Part shown: piece by piece, positions 35,290 through 48,441 of the stretch
How positions within the stretch are numbered: the first letter of the stretch is position 1
Layout of the letters: each line of letters starts with the position of its first letter
Source of the DNA: Pseudogymnoascus verrucosus
Lineage: Eukaryota
Length of the DNA stretch: 54,938 nucleotides
Assembly (NCBI GenBank): GCA_001662655.1
Contig: KV460222.1
Direction: 5' to 3' (one strand)
The notes under the pieces: generated by a model
Told to the model about the DNA's origin: nothing
Database searches by the model: none
What the model saw: the letters and a program-made list of their open reading frames with translations, nothing else
Program-made: the position numbers and the translations under genes

Positions 35290-35676
35290 TGGCACCGATT
35301 TAAGTATTATCTAGAGGATTGCTTGATATCGGTGGAATAGTAGTTGGGTGGGTGACCACTAGCGAATACCCACCGTTGTATGTTTTTGTCATTTTTGATG
35401 TTTTATATAAATTTTAGCCCCTAACCAATATAATCTAGTTCTATATTTCATGGTTCATATATGATTGAAATAAAAACGGCACATGGGGACGCTTCTACCT
35501 CCCTTCTCACAGTGTGTTTTCTCACTTACTCCTCTTAGCAATCCCATGTCCATCTTCCTTCTCCTTCCTCTTCTTTGCCCGAGTACCTTTCTTTCCACCC
35601 CCCTTATCTCCACCACCGCTCTGCCTCCTCACCATGTCCTTAAAATCCGGAGACGCCGATAGCCTCCTCAAAGACT

Positions 35677-36668
35677 TCACAATGCCCCGCGCATGTCCAT
35701 GATACGGGACATCAAGGTAGTTAGCCTTAATAATCGCCTTCCCAGCTCTAATACGCGAGATCGGCGTCTTCTCCTTTCCCTCTCAGCACTAATGCAAAAC
35801 CTCAAAAAATCATAAATCATCATCATCGTCGTACAATGTAGCAGCCTCCTAAAATCAATGCGCAGTCTTTCCTCATCCGGGTCCGTGCGAACTCCATTGT
35901 GGAAGATGAAGGGGAAGGAGACGGCCTTGAATTGGTCTCGGAACAAATACCACATATGCCTCGGTTTAAAGAGACCATTAATCACCAACGCCCGCTGCAC
36001 CTCATTACTCTGATTCATCATCTCGTAGAATCCGCCATTCTGCATAGCCCCCGCTACGATGGTGCAGGTGAGTTGGAACCCACGATCTAGCGTGGCGCGG
36101 GAGACAGCCGAGACGTGCTCGTGGATCTTCCGGCTGAAGAATCGATAGAGGTATCCCCATGTCTTTGCGTATTTGGGAAGGCAGTCCCGCATCTCATGGT
36201 CCGGCATGGTGTGGTAAAATAATTCAGTAGCCTTTGCCAGTTTCATGCAGAGAACCGGTAGGATGGTTGATGCGTGCTCTTTGTTCTTCGGCGGCTGGGG
36301 CTTTTCTCCTGGCTGGGGCTGGTTGAGGTCGATGAATATTCCCATCGATATGAACTCCGGCGCCGGGGTCTCTGCTCCATATCAAATATCAATATGTAGA
36401 CAAATTGGTACCGGAAATAATGTCTCACCAGATCGTATGCAAGTCCAGCACCCATCATCGGCGGAACCCAGGTTCCAGCCTTCTTGGCTTTCTCGAGTCT
36501 AGCGATGGTGGCGCGAAACAGATCCATTGTAGGGAAAACGGGGTCAGCTTGAGGATGGTTGGGATTTGACGTAGGCTGGTTGCGTGGTTGGCTTTGATTC
36601 GATCTCGATCTAGGCTGTGATTCGGGCTGTGGACGAGGAAGAGGAGAAGGGCTGACCTCCTCGGCCAT
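35677..36668 (-). CDS. Hypothetical protein (probably 2 exons; splice junction near 36370-36430 not resolved)
   Basis: Two overlapping ORFs in different frames (MAEEVSPSP... and ...MGIFIDL...222 aa) with a gtgaga donor between them. No recognisable domain. Confidence 0.55.
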
Positions 36669-37113
36669 GGCTGGCAATGTTAGTGTGTATAAAGAATAAT
36701 AAACGTAACAAACATAAACTTACTGTCGTGCTTGTAGCAATTAATGATCTTTGTTTGTTATCCAGTATTGTTGTCCTTGTCGTCGTCGGAAGAAAGCGTC
36801 GTTGTTGTAAGTCCTTATGAGCAGGCAAATTTATCACATAAACTCCCGTTGTCGAGATCGAAAACACAACCACCCTTCATTATCCCCCCTCCTTTATCCC
36901 AAATCATACAAATCTCCAGGTCCATACCCCAAACCAACGGTTTCCACGTGGAATACTGTAAATCTTGTATATTATATCTCCAAAACCAAACATACTCCTG
37001 TCCCCTCTACCATACACCCACCCACCCATTTTACCCGCCCCCTCTCCCCCAAACCCACCATCCATACGCCCGCTTAAACAAAATCATTTACAACCCATAC
37101 ACCCCCCACCTCC

Positions 37114-39707
37114 CTACCAAAGATCCGGCGTCCCCTTCATCTCAGCCGAAAACCTCCCCGCCGTATACCCACTCTCCCCCATCTCCACAGGATACTCCCC
37201 TCCCCCCCCCATTTCCACCGGATACGCCCCCCCACCCCCCAACTCCACCGCATACACCCCCGCCTCCCCCATCTCAACAGGATAATTATTCGTCCCGCTC
37301 ATCTCAACCGCATACTCGCCTCCCCCCCCCATCTCAGCCGGGAACCTTCCCCCTTCCCCCATCTCTGCTGGAAACCTCCCCTCGCCCTCCATCTCAACGG
37401 TGTATGTGCTACCGTTAATACGTGGCCTCGTACCTTCGAGCTCTGCATACCCGCTCTTTACCGCCGCGGGTGCGCTCATGGATGAGAGGCGTGCGTTGGG
37501 GTGGGGGTGACCGCGCCAGTCGACGCGGGTGAAGTCGATGGGGAGGGAGGGGGTGTCGTCGATGGCTGTTTTGTAGGCGGTGCGGAAGCGGGTTGCTTCT
37601 GGTTTGAGTTAGTTTCTGTTCCTCACGGCCCTGTGACGGGAGTTGGGGCATGGATAGGGAGTAGGGTGTATGGGCTGATAGGGGTAAGGCGAACGTACCT
37701 CCAGCATCGGGAAATGCAATCTTGAGAAACTTCATCTTCCGCGTTAGATCTTCCATCGTCGTCGGCGGCGGCCGGTCACTTGTAACCGAATGTCCGCTGT
37801 CGGAGTGTTGGCTGCCGAAGGACGGGGCGCGTGAGCCGGGTGTGATGGTCGCGATGCTCGTGGCGGCTGTTGTGGCTGAGGCGGCTGTGGAGCGGCGGCT
37901 GAAGAAGCCTGGCGGATGTGGTTAGTTGGATCTCTAGAAGAAGGGATAAAACGAGAGAGCATACCTGTTGATGTGGTGCGGTCTGTGGTAATGGTGCTGA
38001 AGGTGTTGGTGCGGGAGTGGGTGAATTCAGACTCAGACGATGAGCTAAAATATCCCTGTCTGATTGATGGAGATGTAGTGCGGAGCTGACTCAACGGAAG
38101 CGGATCAAAGCGAAGGACAATTTCCTTGTCGCTCTTCGTCGGCTCGGGGTCCCTCTTGATATACTTGAACGGGAAGTCTAGATCCCTCGCCTTCTCCAGA
38201 GAATTTCCATAGAAGGAGAGCGAGCACTGGCCCGTCTCCTTGTCGCGCCATATCTTGAGGTGCTGGTAAGTCGCGTCACCATTTCTTCGGGACGTCTCGG
38301 AGGAGATCTTGTTTACGGCAAAGGCGCCGAGGAAGAACTTGTTGCGCACGGCGGACTGGAAGTCAGTGAAGTCGGCGATATTGGCGAATACGTAGCGCGG
38401 GATGGTCGTTCCGAGGTCTTGCGGCTTGCCTTTGAAATATAGGGAGTGGCTGCCTTGGGTAAATGTCACCTCCAGAGCGGGGTGGGTTCCGCTGTTCCAG
38501 GTATATGGATAGCAGCGCTGTGTCGAACCGAGCTTGACTGTGAGAGCGGTTAATTGACTGAGGAATAGGTGGGACTCGGTAGACTTACTTCGGTGCTTTA
38601 GCCGCTCTTTGTTCTCCTCATTGATGATGACGAGTTCGCGGCCAGGAGACTTTGGTGACGTAGAGGGCCGTCCAGCAGGCTTGCGCCTGATGGGTATTTT
38701 ACTTGTACCAAAAAATCTGTCTGCAGTTAGAAAATGGCCCCAAGGAAGGAGAGAGGGAACCTACACCTCAGCAACGACGTAATCCAACGCAGGCTGTGGC
38801 AGAATAAGCTCGGGGCATGAGGAGAGCTGCGGTGATGCGATGCTAGATAGGCGGCTGGATGGCGGAGGGACGGGACTACTGCGGGGACTGATGGAGCTCC
38901 TGATAGTGTCGGCCGTCGAGAGCTCGGGGCTGTTCTGTGGGCTTGGTCCATATGACGATGGAGGCCGATGCGGAGACAGAGTCTGGCTGTCGTGATAGAA
39001 CCCGGGCTTTTCCAGGCTTCTGCTCGGAGGGGTTCTGTTCGGAGAGCTTCTGCTAGGACTCACAGGGACCGTCACATATTGGTATTTGTTGTTGATTATC
39101 GTGTTGTCTGGGGTGGGTATGTTTGGAATCTGAAGGCCTCCCAGGGTTGGCGAGACGGGATAGTTCTGGTTATTGATGGTTGGCCGCCGCTGATTATTTT
39201 TTTCCCATACCTCTTCACCCTGTTTTTCTGCTAGACCATTATTTGGCGTTGTGGTTTTGTCCCTGCGAGTTGTTAGGTATATGCATAAACAAAGTAGTGA
39301 AGGACTTACAGAATATGAAGGACAGATTGGGCTGTTAGGTCTGCCTTATGAGCCCGGATCGTTTCTTTCAGTTTCTGAACGTAGTCCTGGCTATACGAAA
39401 ACTTGGCAATCTTCCACATCGCCTCTGGGGTCTTCTTGTTCGACAGTATGGGCTTGTTCTTTTCGAGGAAATCGTAGCCTCTGCGTAAGGTCTTGTAGAT
39501 CGCTTCATACTGCGCATATCGCAGCCCAGCTCTCTCAAAGGCCTCCCGATTCATTTCCACAATCTCCGCAAAGGACGTGATCTCGTGGATGAGGTCTTCA
39601 TACTGCGTTGCCGAGTTCGAGTACTTGTCGAAGAAGGCATCATAGACATTTTTAATCTGAATAGCCGCACCGATCAGGTCATTGATGGAGAAGCCTGGGG
39701 CGGCCAT
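37114..39707 (-). CDS. 6-exon protein: N-terminal fungal STAND-associated (SesA/HeLo-like) helical domain, Ser/Pro-rich linker, PH-like region, C-terminal decapeptide repeats
   Basis: Five GT-AG introns with CTAAC/TTAAC branch sites join ORFs 39306-39707, 38761-39075, 37744-38469 and 37114-37479 in frame. N-terminus GFSINDLIGAAIQIKNVYDAF...ATQYEDLIHEITSF. Middle YVFANIADFTDFQSAVRNK...QHLKIWRD...SLSFY. The domain names are pattern-based inference. Confidence 0.75.
37135..37405 (-). repeat. Coding 30-bp tandem repeat: (Y/F)(P/A/T)(V/A)E(M/L)GxGGx, 8 units plus 1 dispersed
   Basis: YTVEMEGEGR FPAEMGEGGR FPAEMGGGGE YAVEMSGTNN YPVEMGEAGV YAVELGGGGA YPVEMGGGGE YPVEMGESG ... FSAEMKG. Confidence 0.9.
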
Positions 39708-41994
39708 CTTTGGGAGGGCACGAGGCCTCCGTTCTTTTTTTTTCAGTTATCAGAAGAGGACGAGGTCAAAGAGTATAAGCCGATAACGCAGTCGCGTGCA
39801 CGGCATCATGACGACTCTCCGAACCGCATACAGTTCATGCGGTCCGAGGGTGATCACGAACGAGTGAGTGGAGTTATAGTCTGGCGGGAATAAGTTCTGA
39901 AAAACATGAGATGGATGGCCTAAATGGATATTTATCTACGGTAGGGCTATGGGGAGCGGGAACTTGGCAACTTGGAAGGCGATGGGGGGGGGTTGACGTG
40001 GGCGGTTGGGTGGGGGGAAGGGAAGGGAAGAGAAGGGACGTGTGGGATGTGGGGGGGTGATGGTGAGTGTCTGGGAGGCGCATGGTGGTCAGAGAGCTAA
40101 AACGAGGAAGGGGAGACATGTAACAAAGTACTGTACTGCCCGGCTCCCCACGCCCAGCCAGTAGTAGAGTAGGATGGCCGCGGGCGGGGTACGTGTCCTG
40201 AATTCTCCGGTAGTACCCTTTGCCTTTCCCTTAGTTCAGAGGACGGGTCAGCACATCGGATGGCGCCTATGGCGCGCAACAGGGGCCCGAGCACAGCGTT
40301 GAGGGGAGGCAGGCAGGTAGGCAGCGAGTGAGTGGTTCGGCGAGTTTGCGACAGGACGGACGCGGCCGTGGTGGCGGGACCTACGTTAGGGCAGGTGGTC
40401 GTGCAGCACAATGCAGGCAGGAGAGTACTGCGAGCACAGTAGCGTGCTCTATCCCACGGAGACGTCTCGTGGGAAGGAGTCAATTCCCATAGTTGGGGTC
40501 TCAGGGTCTCAGGGAGGGACTGTCAAGTGGCCTCGGGAATCGGGAAGACTGAGTGATCGTCAGATCGGCATAACATGGAGGGGAGGGGGAAGGGAGATAC
40601 TGTGTATAGTCGCCATAATAGATGGCCCCCTGCCTTCCTCGGTCTGGATCTCTGGTGCGTTGGGAAACGAAGGGGAAGAGAAAGTCTGCAGTAGCGCAAG
40701 CGGCAAGGAGGATACTCTACTGAGAAGTGATGATAGCCTTGCTTCGTGCACCACTGTTAGAACAGCGTCTGGCCTGTAGATGCAGAGTGGTACTACGTAT
40801 ACGGCGTAGTATTCAGCACTAGAATTGTGGCTGAGGGCGAGACTATTGAGAGATTATTGGGAGACGTTGTAGTGGGCAGTAGGCTGTGGGCAATGGTACT
40901 ATACTGAACAGTGCATGATGGTAAAGTGAGATGAGATGAGATGTACCTTGCTCTCCAGCATCCCAAGCACCACGACGACATCCGGAATCAAAGAGTATTT
41001 AGCGAAGTGAGAACGGACCTATCACAGCACGAGGCGGCGAGAACGTGGGTGGATGCGTCGCTGTGAGTGGATTTAAGCTTTGGCAAGGGCGGGCAGGGGC
41101 GGCACGAGCGGGCAGGGGTTCGCACTGCGGAGTATGATGGGGGGTTGACAGTAGAAGTATCTCACAACACATAATTGTATGGAGGGATACTTTGGCAGCT
41201 CATTTCTGACGTCTCATTTCTCATCCACCCCCCATCTGCACACCGAAAGCATGGATATTATCATCAATGGTACACGGCTTCCTTACGCATTTACCACCAA
41301 ACTGTATGTATTTTCTCTACTACTGACCATACATCCCCTATGCGCCGTCGACAAGGAGAACACCACTCCGACGACTCAGCCGCCTCTTCTATACGCACTA
41401 CACCATACACTACTACCCATTTACATCAAAGTCGTCTCTTTTGGGAATTGAGGCTTAGCTATCATACTAGGAATAACCCTAGTCATCCTAGCCATGCTAT
41501 CCGCGATAGAATACTCTAGTTCATAGTGCAATTCTTCCCTCCTCATCTCGTCTCTCTTGCCTGCTTCCATCTCTCTCTTTCTCCTCTCTCTTCTGCCCCC
41601 CTTTTCCTCTCCTCCCAACACACCGGTCCGCGCCAAGTGACGTACGATTCTCATTATATCACTCACACTTGGCTCACTTGGCTCACCTCCCTCTCCCCTT
41701 CCTCGCATTACTCACCTTGGCAAGGCGTTCGTACACATCCACAAAAGTACAATACGGAAGTACGTGCACTATTGGACTCAGCCGGCCCCGACCACTCTCC
41801 CACCACCATCCCCCCAGGCTACCCTCTTCCTCCAGCTATCCATAATCCCGTCCACCTCCTCCCGACACCACACCCTCCACTCCCAGCCTCGTCGTGCCGA
41901 CCCCCAACTCCATGATTTGACGCCCCAGACACCTGCTATGACCATCCGGGAGAGCCCTGCCAAGTCCAAGGCTCCGTGAACGTCTCTGCCCCCA

Positions 41995-42000
41995 CACGTG
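41995..42000. promoter_or_regulatory. CACGTG E-box (candidate Pho4/NUC-1/PalcA site) upstream of the phosphate transporter
   Basis: CACGTG ~110 bp before the ATG and AACGTG at 41042. Single hexamers are weak evidence. Confidence 0.3.
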
Positions 42001-42109
42001 CCCTCGTCTCATGGCCTCATATTATCTACCGCATGCCCGCCCATTGCTCGCCCTTCATCTCTATCATGTAGCCTCTTCGGCATTCTAAACCCCCAACTCC
42101 ATCTTCCCA

Positions 42110-44358
42110 ATGCGTGTCTGGATCAATCCCACCGATGTTGGCCGGCATCACACGGTGAGTAAACCCGCTGCCTGTTGGGCGTCTGCCGCGAGAACGCGCC
42201 TCTAACAAATTCCCCCCAGACCAACGACGACAAGAGAGAGCAGATCTGCCGTGATATCGATAACAATGGTTTTGACTGGCAGGTTTGGGCCGTAGCCGCC
42301 TCAGGATTCTTCACCGACTCATACAACCTATTCGCTACAAATGTTATTCTCCCGTGTCTGGCCTTCGTCTACTGGCCTGATGACAACACCGGCAGAGAGG
42401 GCAGGATCAACATTATCACGCTAGTTGGGTCGTGTCTTGGGCAGCTGATCTTTGGATTCCTCGCCGATAAATATGGACGTAGGAAACTATATGGTTTCGA
42501 GCTGATCGTCGTCATCTTCGGCACCCTCGGCGTCGCACAGGCCTCTGCTGGGTATAATGACTCCATGTCCATCCTATCATGGATGATGTTCTGGCGGTTC
42601 TTCGTGGGGGTAGGCATAGGGGCTGAGTACCCCCTTAGTGCTGTGATTACCGCAGAGTAGGTTTCAATGAGACGTCAATTATCCCAAGAGGCGCAAAATA
42701 AATTCCTCCAAACTAAAACTAACCTCTCCAGATTTGCCGCCCGCCAATCCCGCGCCCGCATGATGGCCGCAGTCTTCATAATGCAGCCCATCGGCCAACT
42801 CATGGCCTCCCTCGTGGGTCTCATCGTCCTCCTCACCGTCGGCCGCGCCGGCGGCCTGCACCTCATGCAAGACGACGACGAAGCGGCCAAAAAGATCGTC
42901 GACAGCATCTGGCGCTGGGTCATCGGCGTCGGCGCCATCCCCGCCCTAATCGCCATCGGCTTCCGTCTCACCATCCCCGAATCCCCTCGCTACACCCTGG
43001 ACGTCGACCAGGACGGTGCTCGCGCGCTCAGAGACACAGAGCAATACCTCCGCCAGCCCGGCGCCACCGTCGCTGGCGCCGACGACGACGATGACAGACG
43101 CCCCAACGGCCTCGGTCTCGACGACGACACACCCGGCCTCCGCCCGCCTCCGCGCGCACACTACGACGACGACAGTGATGCCGCCTCCGCCGTCTCAGAC
43201 GGAAGCATGGACATCATCGACGTCAGCGGCGCCCCCGTCCGCCACAGCGCCCACGCCACCGCCCCCCACGACGACGACGACGACTACGACGCCGGCTCAA
43301 CCTCAACCACCACCCCCACGCACCCCGACCCCTTCTCCTACGCCGAACTCAAACGCTACTTCTGGACCGAAGGCAACTACCGCACCCTCGCCGGCACAGC
43401 CCTAACCTGGTTCCTCCTCGACCTCGCCTTCTACGGCCTCGGCATCAACAACCCCCGCACCATCGCGCGTCTCTGGTCCTCCAAGCGCGTCGAGGTGGTC
43501 GAGGCGCTCATACCCAGCTGGGCGAACCCGGCGGATGCGGGGATGGGGATTTATGAGACGCTGAGGCTGGATGGGGTGAGGGCGATTATTACGGATGCGG
43601 CGGGGTCGTTGGTGGGGAGCGCGCTGTTGATAAAGGCGATTAATTATGTGCCGAGGAGGTCGTGGTTGGTGTGGAGTTTTGCGGGGATGGGGGTGCTTTT
43701 TGCGGTTATTGGGGGGAGTTATTTTAGGGCTGTGGATACGGACTTGCATGCTCTTACTATTACGCTTTATGTGTTGGTGCAGTTGTTGTTTAATCTTGGT
43801 ATGTTTCCCCTTTCCTCTTTTCTTTCTCTTTTTCCCTTGTTCTCCCGTCCCCCCCCCCCTTTTTCTCGATCTTACCTCCCCATCCCCTCCCAAACTCCTC
43901 ACCACTAACACTCCCCCCCAGGTCCAAACACCCTAACCTTCATCCTCCCCGCCGAGCTCTTCCCAACCCGCTACCGCGCAACCTGCCACGGCATCTCCGC
44001 CTCCCTCGGCAAACTCGGCTCCATAGTCGTAGTCGCCTTCCTCCCCTCCCTCCACATAAACGACCCGCACTCTCGCCACCTCGGGTACCTCCTCATCGCC
44101 TTCGCGCCACTAATGGGCATCGGAGCCCTCGTAGCGTGGGCCTGGATCCCGGAGGTGCAGGGGCCGAGGGGGAGTGCGTGGAAGGGCGGGAAGGAGAAGG
44201 GGAGGTGGGTCGTGCCGAGTTTGTCGTTGGAGGAGTTGGCGGTTGGGTTGGGGGGGAGGGGGGAGTTGAGGGAGAGGTTGGGGTGGAGGAGGGCGGGGGT
44301 GAGTATGAATATGCAGATGCCGGGGGGGGAAGAGGGGGGGGTGAATGGGAGGGTGTGA
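42110..44358 (+). CDS. PHO84: Phosphate:H+ symporter (PHO84-like MFS), 4 exons
   Basis: [124 protein letters not shown]. Confidence 0.9.
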
Positions 44359-46283
44359 GAGGGTGGTTGAAAGGGGTGGGTTTGGGGCGTTTGGGTTGGG
44401 TTGGGATGGGAAGGGACTTAGATTTTGGTGGAGCGAGCGTGTTTTTGGATGTGACTATATAGAATATACCCCTATAATTTTGTGCAAAGTTTCCCACATA
44501 TGTCATTCCAAACCACAATGCGATTCTCCAATGAAGATATAAGGGTCACATATTTTGGATCGCTTATCACCCTTTCAAAACAGTTCTATCTGTTTGGTGA
44601 GCAGTTTAAAGCAGTATCTTTACCTCTGTTTCATAAAGGTGCTCGGCCAGTTGCTCTCAGTTTCGTGTACGTCGATGTTCAGTTTCTCAAAGTTGTGCCT
44701 TTCTTGCCACCGTCCATTTTCTCGTCGCCGTTTCATCCCCTGTCACCACCCCTTTTTCTCACTGCCCCATTCTCCCTTCATACAACGCCCCTCCGCCTGG
44801 CGCTGCGTGAATTGTTCCATATGCGTGGGGAGGACACACAAACATGTTATGACCACTGTCGTGGTGGAGGAACTCTACGCCTCTTGTGAACTCTCTGGTC
44901 GGATGATCTTGATCCCGTCTCGAGCCTTAAGGTATTTCTAGATCCACAATCGTATATGTAAAGTTGTCGGTGGTCAAAGGGATTTCGGTCGATATTTGCT
45001 TCTCGGGGATGCTTATTCTATGTCTAGTATCCCCTGTCATGGAAGCAGCACTATTCAACTCCGAACTAAAGACACTAACGAAAATATGTCATATCTACAC
45101 TTTCTACTACATTTTAAGGGATCACAAATACGTAGATGGGGAAAACATCAGCTAGTGCAAGCCGAAATAGACATACCCGCGCCTTTCCGATCAATGGGGC
45201 TAGGAGAGAATGCGCATCAAGAATAACTATATCGTGACTCTAACAAATGACTCCAACAAGTGGACCAGCAGGTGAAGTCAACAAAAGCCTGAAGAGATTT
45301 ATGTCGCACATGTTCGTGCGCTATAACCAATTTACCTTCCCAAATAATCTGTCTTCCCGAATAATGTGCCTCTCTCGCCGTCGTCTGTTTTCTAGTCGCC
45401 GTTTCATTCCCTACCGCCGCAACGACCCCTTTTCTCGCTGCCCTGTTCTCACCGACACCGTTCTCACCGACACCGTTCTCACCGACACTGTTCCCAGTAG
45501 GAACCGCTGCTTGGTGCGGCGTTGAAATTCATGGCGGCCAGCGTACGTCGGTAAATGCGGTTAGCTTTGCGTCTTTGGTATGTAGCTCATGAGCCACATG
45601 TGAAGAAGAGAGTGTAGTAAAGGCAGGATGTAGGGATCAGAAATTGGAAACCAGACCTCTGTGACGAAGTAGGAGCCAACTTGATGAGCGAAGAATGATA
45701 TATGACTACTTTAAGTAACACAGGACTGCCAATTAACTAGTGAAGTAGGAAAAAAGACAGTAATTAAGGCACGTATAGTTGAAGTAAAACACGGCTGACA
45801 GTAAACTGGTAGACTAGTACTCCAACGAACATCGCGGACAGCATGGTTATTACAGAAGAGTTTTCCCTAAAGAAAAGAAGAATCCCGCACGATTTCTATG
45901 TTTCAAACAGAGCTATAGCATGAGAGATACATGTGCGGTCTCATTACAGATGAATTCATGAGGGACAGAGTCAAAGAACTAGAGGCACGAATTGGTATTG
46001 TTACGGCAAACTTGGCAGCCATAAATCCAGGACGACAAGAAATATGTGTTGCAAAGGCAGCACAGACAGAAGCAAAGACAGAAGAAGCAAGGAAGACACA
46101 CACACTTTCGGATATCAGGATGACAAATGGCAACAAGATGTTCGACTTCATCTCTGTTAAATTCGAGAAATTTGACAAACCTGTTGTCTTGAGTAGCCGG
46201 TCATGTATCGATCTTAATCATATGCTGCCGCTCGTCTCTCGCCACTACACCCTTCTCACCACCCCCTTTTCTCGCTAGCCCAA

Positions 46284-46362
46284 TCTCACCGTTCCCAATC
46301 TCACCGTTCCCATTCTCACCGTTCCCATTCTCATCGTTCCCATTCTTGCCGTTCCCATTCTT
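46284..46362. repeat. 15-bp tandem repeat CTCACCGTTCCCA(A/T)T x5-6; related CACCGTTCTCACCGA x3 at ~45445-45495
   Basis: Directly visible. Confidence 0.85.
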
Positions 46363-47180
46363 CAGGGTTGAGATTGGGAGTTGACTGCGTTTGGTCGGGA
46401 ACGGAATGAACTCCCCAACCCGCGAGTGGCGCTCAAACACAAAGCGGCTGATGGCCATTCCCAAGAAAAGCGAGAACGGTCCCCGTCGTCGCCTCATTTG
46501 GCGCGGCCACTTCCAGGAGGGAGATCTTAGAGAGATCTTTGCCCCTTTGCGACCAGGGGTAGATCTTGAGACTATACTTGCGACGAAGGACGGTGTATGG
46601 CGAAACTGGCTATATGATTCTGCAGCTTCACTTGCCGATGACATATTCATATATCATATTGCACAGGGTTTGGCTGGAATGGAGGAACCGGCCTCACAGG
46701 TCTCAATCGAAAGCTTGCCAACCTCTTATTGCCAGCCGCTTCTTGCCGCTGTTCCTTTCTCGCCGCTGTTCCTTTCTCACCGCCGCCCATTTTGCTGTCG
46801 CTATCAGGTTCTCGTCACCATCGGTATTGAATCGAGGGTAAACATGGAGACTACCTAAAGACTTGTTAATTTTCCGTTGTGATGAGGGTGTTGATGTAAT
46901 TCACTCGATCTACCCTTTTCTCTTTCCGCATAACTGATTGGAAATTAGATGACGTGATATTCTTCTCAACAAGCATGCAGGATAGACGAAATCCCCAGTC
47001 TACGGTTCGCCTTGACACTGCGGATATTTTGTCATTGATTAACTAATACCCCGATCTCACTTCCGTCTTTCTCTACCCAATCTCTGCAAAACAACCCCTC
47101 TGTCTCTAAACCACACAAAACTCCCCGCCAAACCCAAACGCCCATTCCCCAACCCAACCCGCTCATACCGCCATACTACC

Positions 47181-48441
47181 CTATCTCATCGCCCCAAAAT
47201 CCAACTTCCTCGCCACCGCCGGCCTCTCCTCACTCCCCACCACCCCCGCCCCCCTCCCCATATCCTTCCCCACCGCCTCCGCTCCACCCCCCTTCCGCGG
47301 CAAATCCTCCTTCCTCGTCGGCCTCGGCTCGCAGCTCCACCACGGATGTTCCAGCACCGCCTGCGCCGTAATCCGCGCCCGCGGGTCCAACACCAACATC
47401 GCCATCAGGAGATCCACGCCCTCGTACCCCGCGGTCCCGAAGGTCCCGAGGTAGGTCTCGCGGCCCCTGACCGGGTTGTGCGGCTCGGGAACGGTGTATT
47501 CGGGGAGTTTGCTGACGCCAGGCCAGACTTCTTCTGTTGGTGTTCCGATTGCTTGGCAGATCAGGCTGATTTGGTGCACTTCTGTGTCACCAGCCAGGTA
47601 GGGCGTGCGGATCAGCAGCTCCGCGAATACCAGTCCGACGGCCCAGATATCGACGGCGCCGGAGTAGTGACGCGCGCCGAAGAGCAGCTCAGGCGGGCGG
47701 TACCAGCGCGTGATGACGTTGCTGGTCATCTGCTTATACGGATCCGCGAATGCGCGCGCAAGACCGAAATCCGCAAGTTTGACCATCCCATCAGCGGCGA
47801 TTAGCAAGTTATTAGGCTTGATATCGCGATGCAGCACCGCATTAGCGTGGCAGAACCACACAGCGCGGCTGAGCATGCCCATCCAAGCCTTGATATCCGC
47901 TGCACCGTATCGCACGCCCTCAACGTCTTTGATAAGCATCTCCAGGTCGCCGAGGGGAAGGAACTCGAGGACGAGGTTTAGGTTCTGGTCGCGTGAGGAG
48001 AAGACGGAGTGAAGAGTTATGATGTTGGGATGGGATAGCTCCTGGAGGTGCTTGAGTTCGCGCACGGCGTCGGGGGCGAGCCCTTCGGTGTACTCGGCCT
48101 GGATTTTGATCTTCTTGATCGCGACGAAGTGGGTGGGGTCGCTGCGGAGGGTGCCTAGGTAGACGTTTGCGTAGGTTCCTTCTCCGAGTTTCTTGCCTGG
48201 TGGGGTGTTAACTGTTGTCTGTGATGCTGGGTGGAGAGGGTGATGAGGGACCTTTGATGTATTTCGCCTTCTCTTCCATGTTCAACTGCTCCGCCAGATC
48301 AGGCGCAGCTTCAGGAATCGGCGACGCATTTCCTGAGCCATTCTGTGCCTTCGTTGCTGCGAATAGCTTTGATCTCGCCCCAGGTGGACTCCTGCCTTGA
48401 TCTGCGCCGGGCGCTCCTACAATCAGCGGGGACAACGCCAT
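47181..48441 (-). CDS. KIN28: TFIIH/CAK cyclin-dependent kinase (CDK7/Kin28/Mcs6), 2 exons
   Basis: One intron (~48198-48251) joins YIK|GKKLGEGTYANVY. VAIKKIK, APDAVRELKHLQEL, HRDIKPNNLL, DFGLAR, MTSNVITRWYRPPELLFGA; C-terminal ARKLDF. Confidence 0.95.

Noticed and set aside
36744..37418. 224-aa Pro-rich plus-strand ORF (extensin-like)
   Set aside because: Antisense shadow of the G-rich repeat exon and 3' region of the minus-strand gene.
39874..41979. Short ORFs between the SesA-like gene and PHO84
   Set aside because: No motifs or consistent splice structure; best read as a divergent promoter/UTR region.
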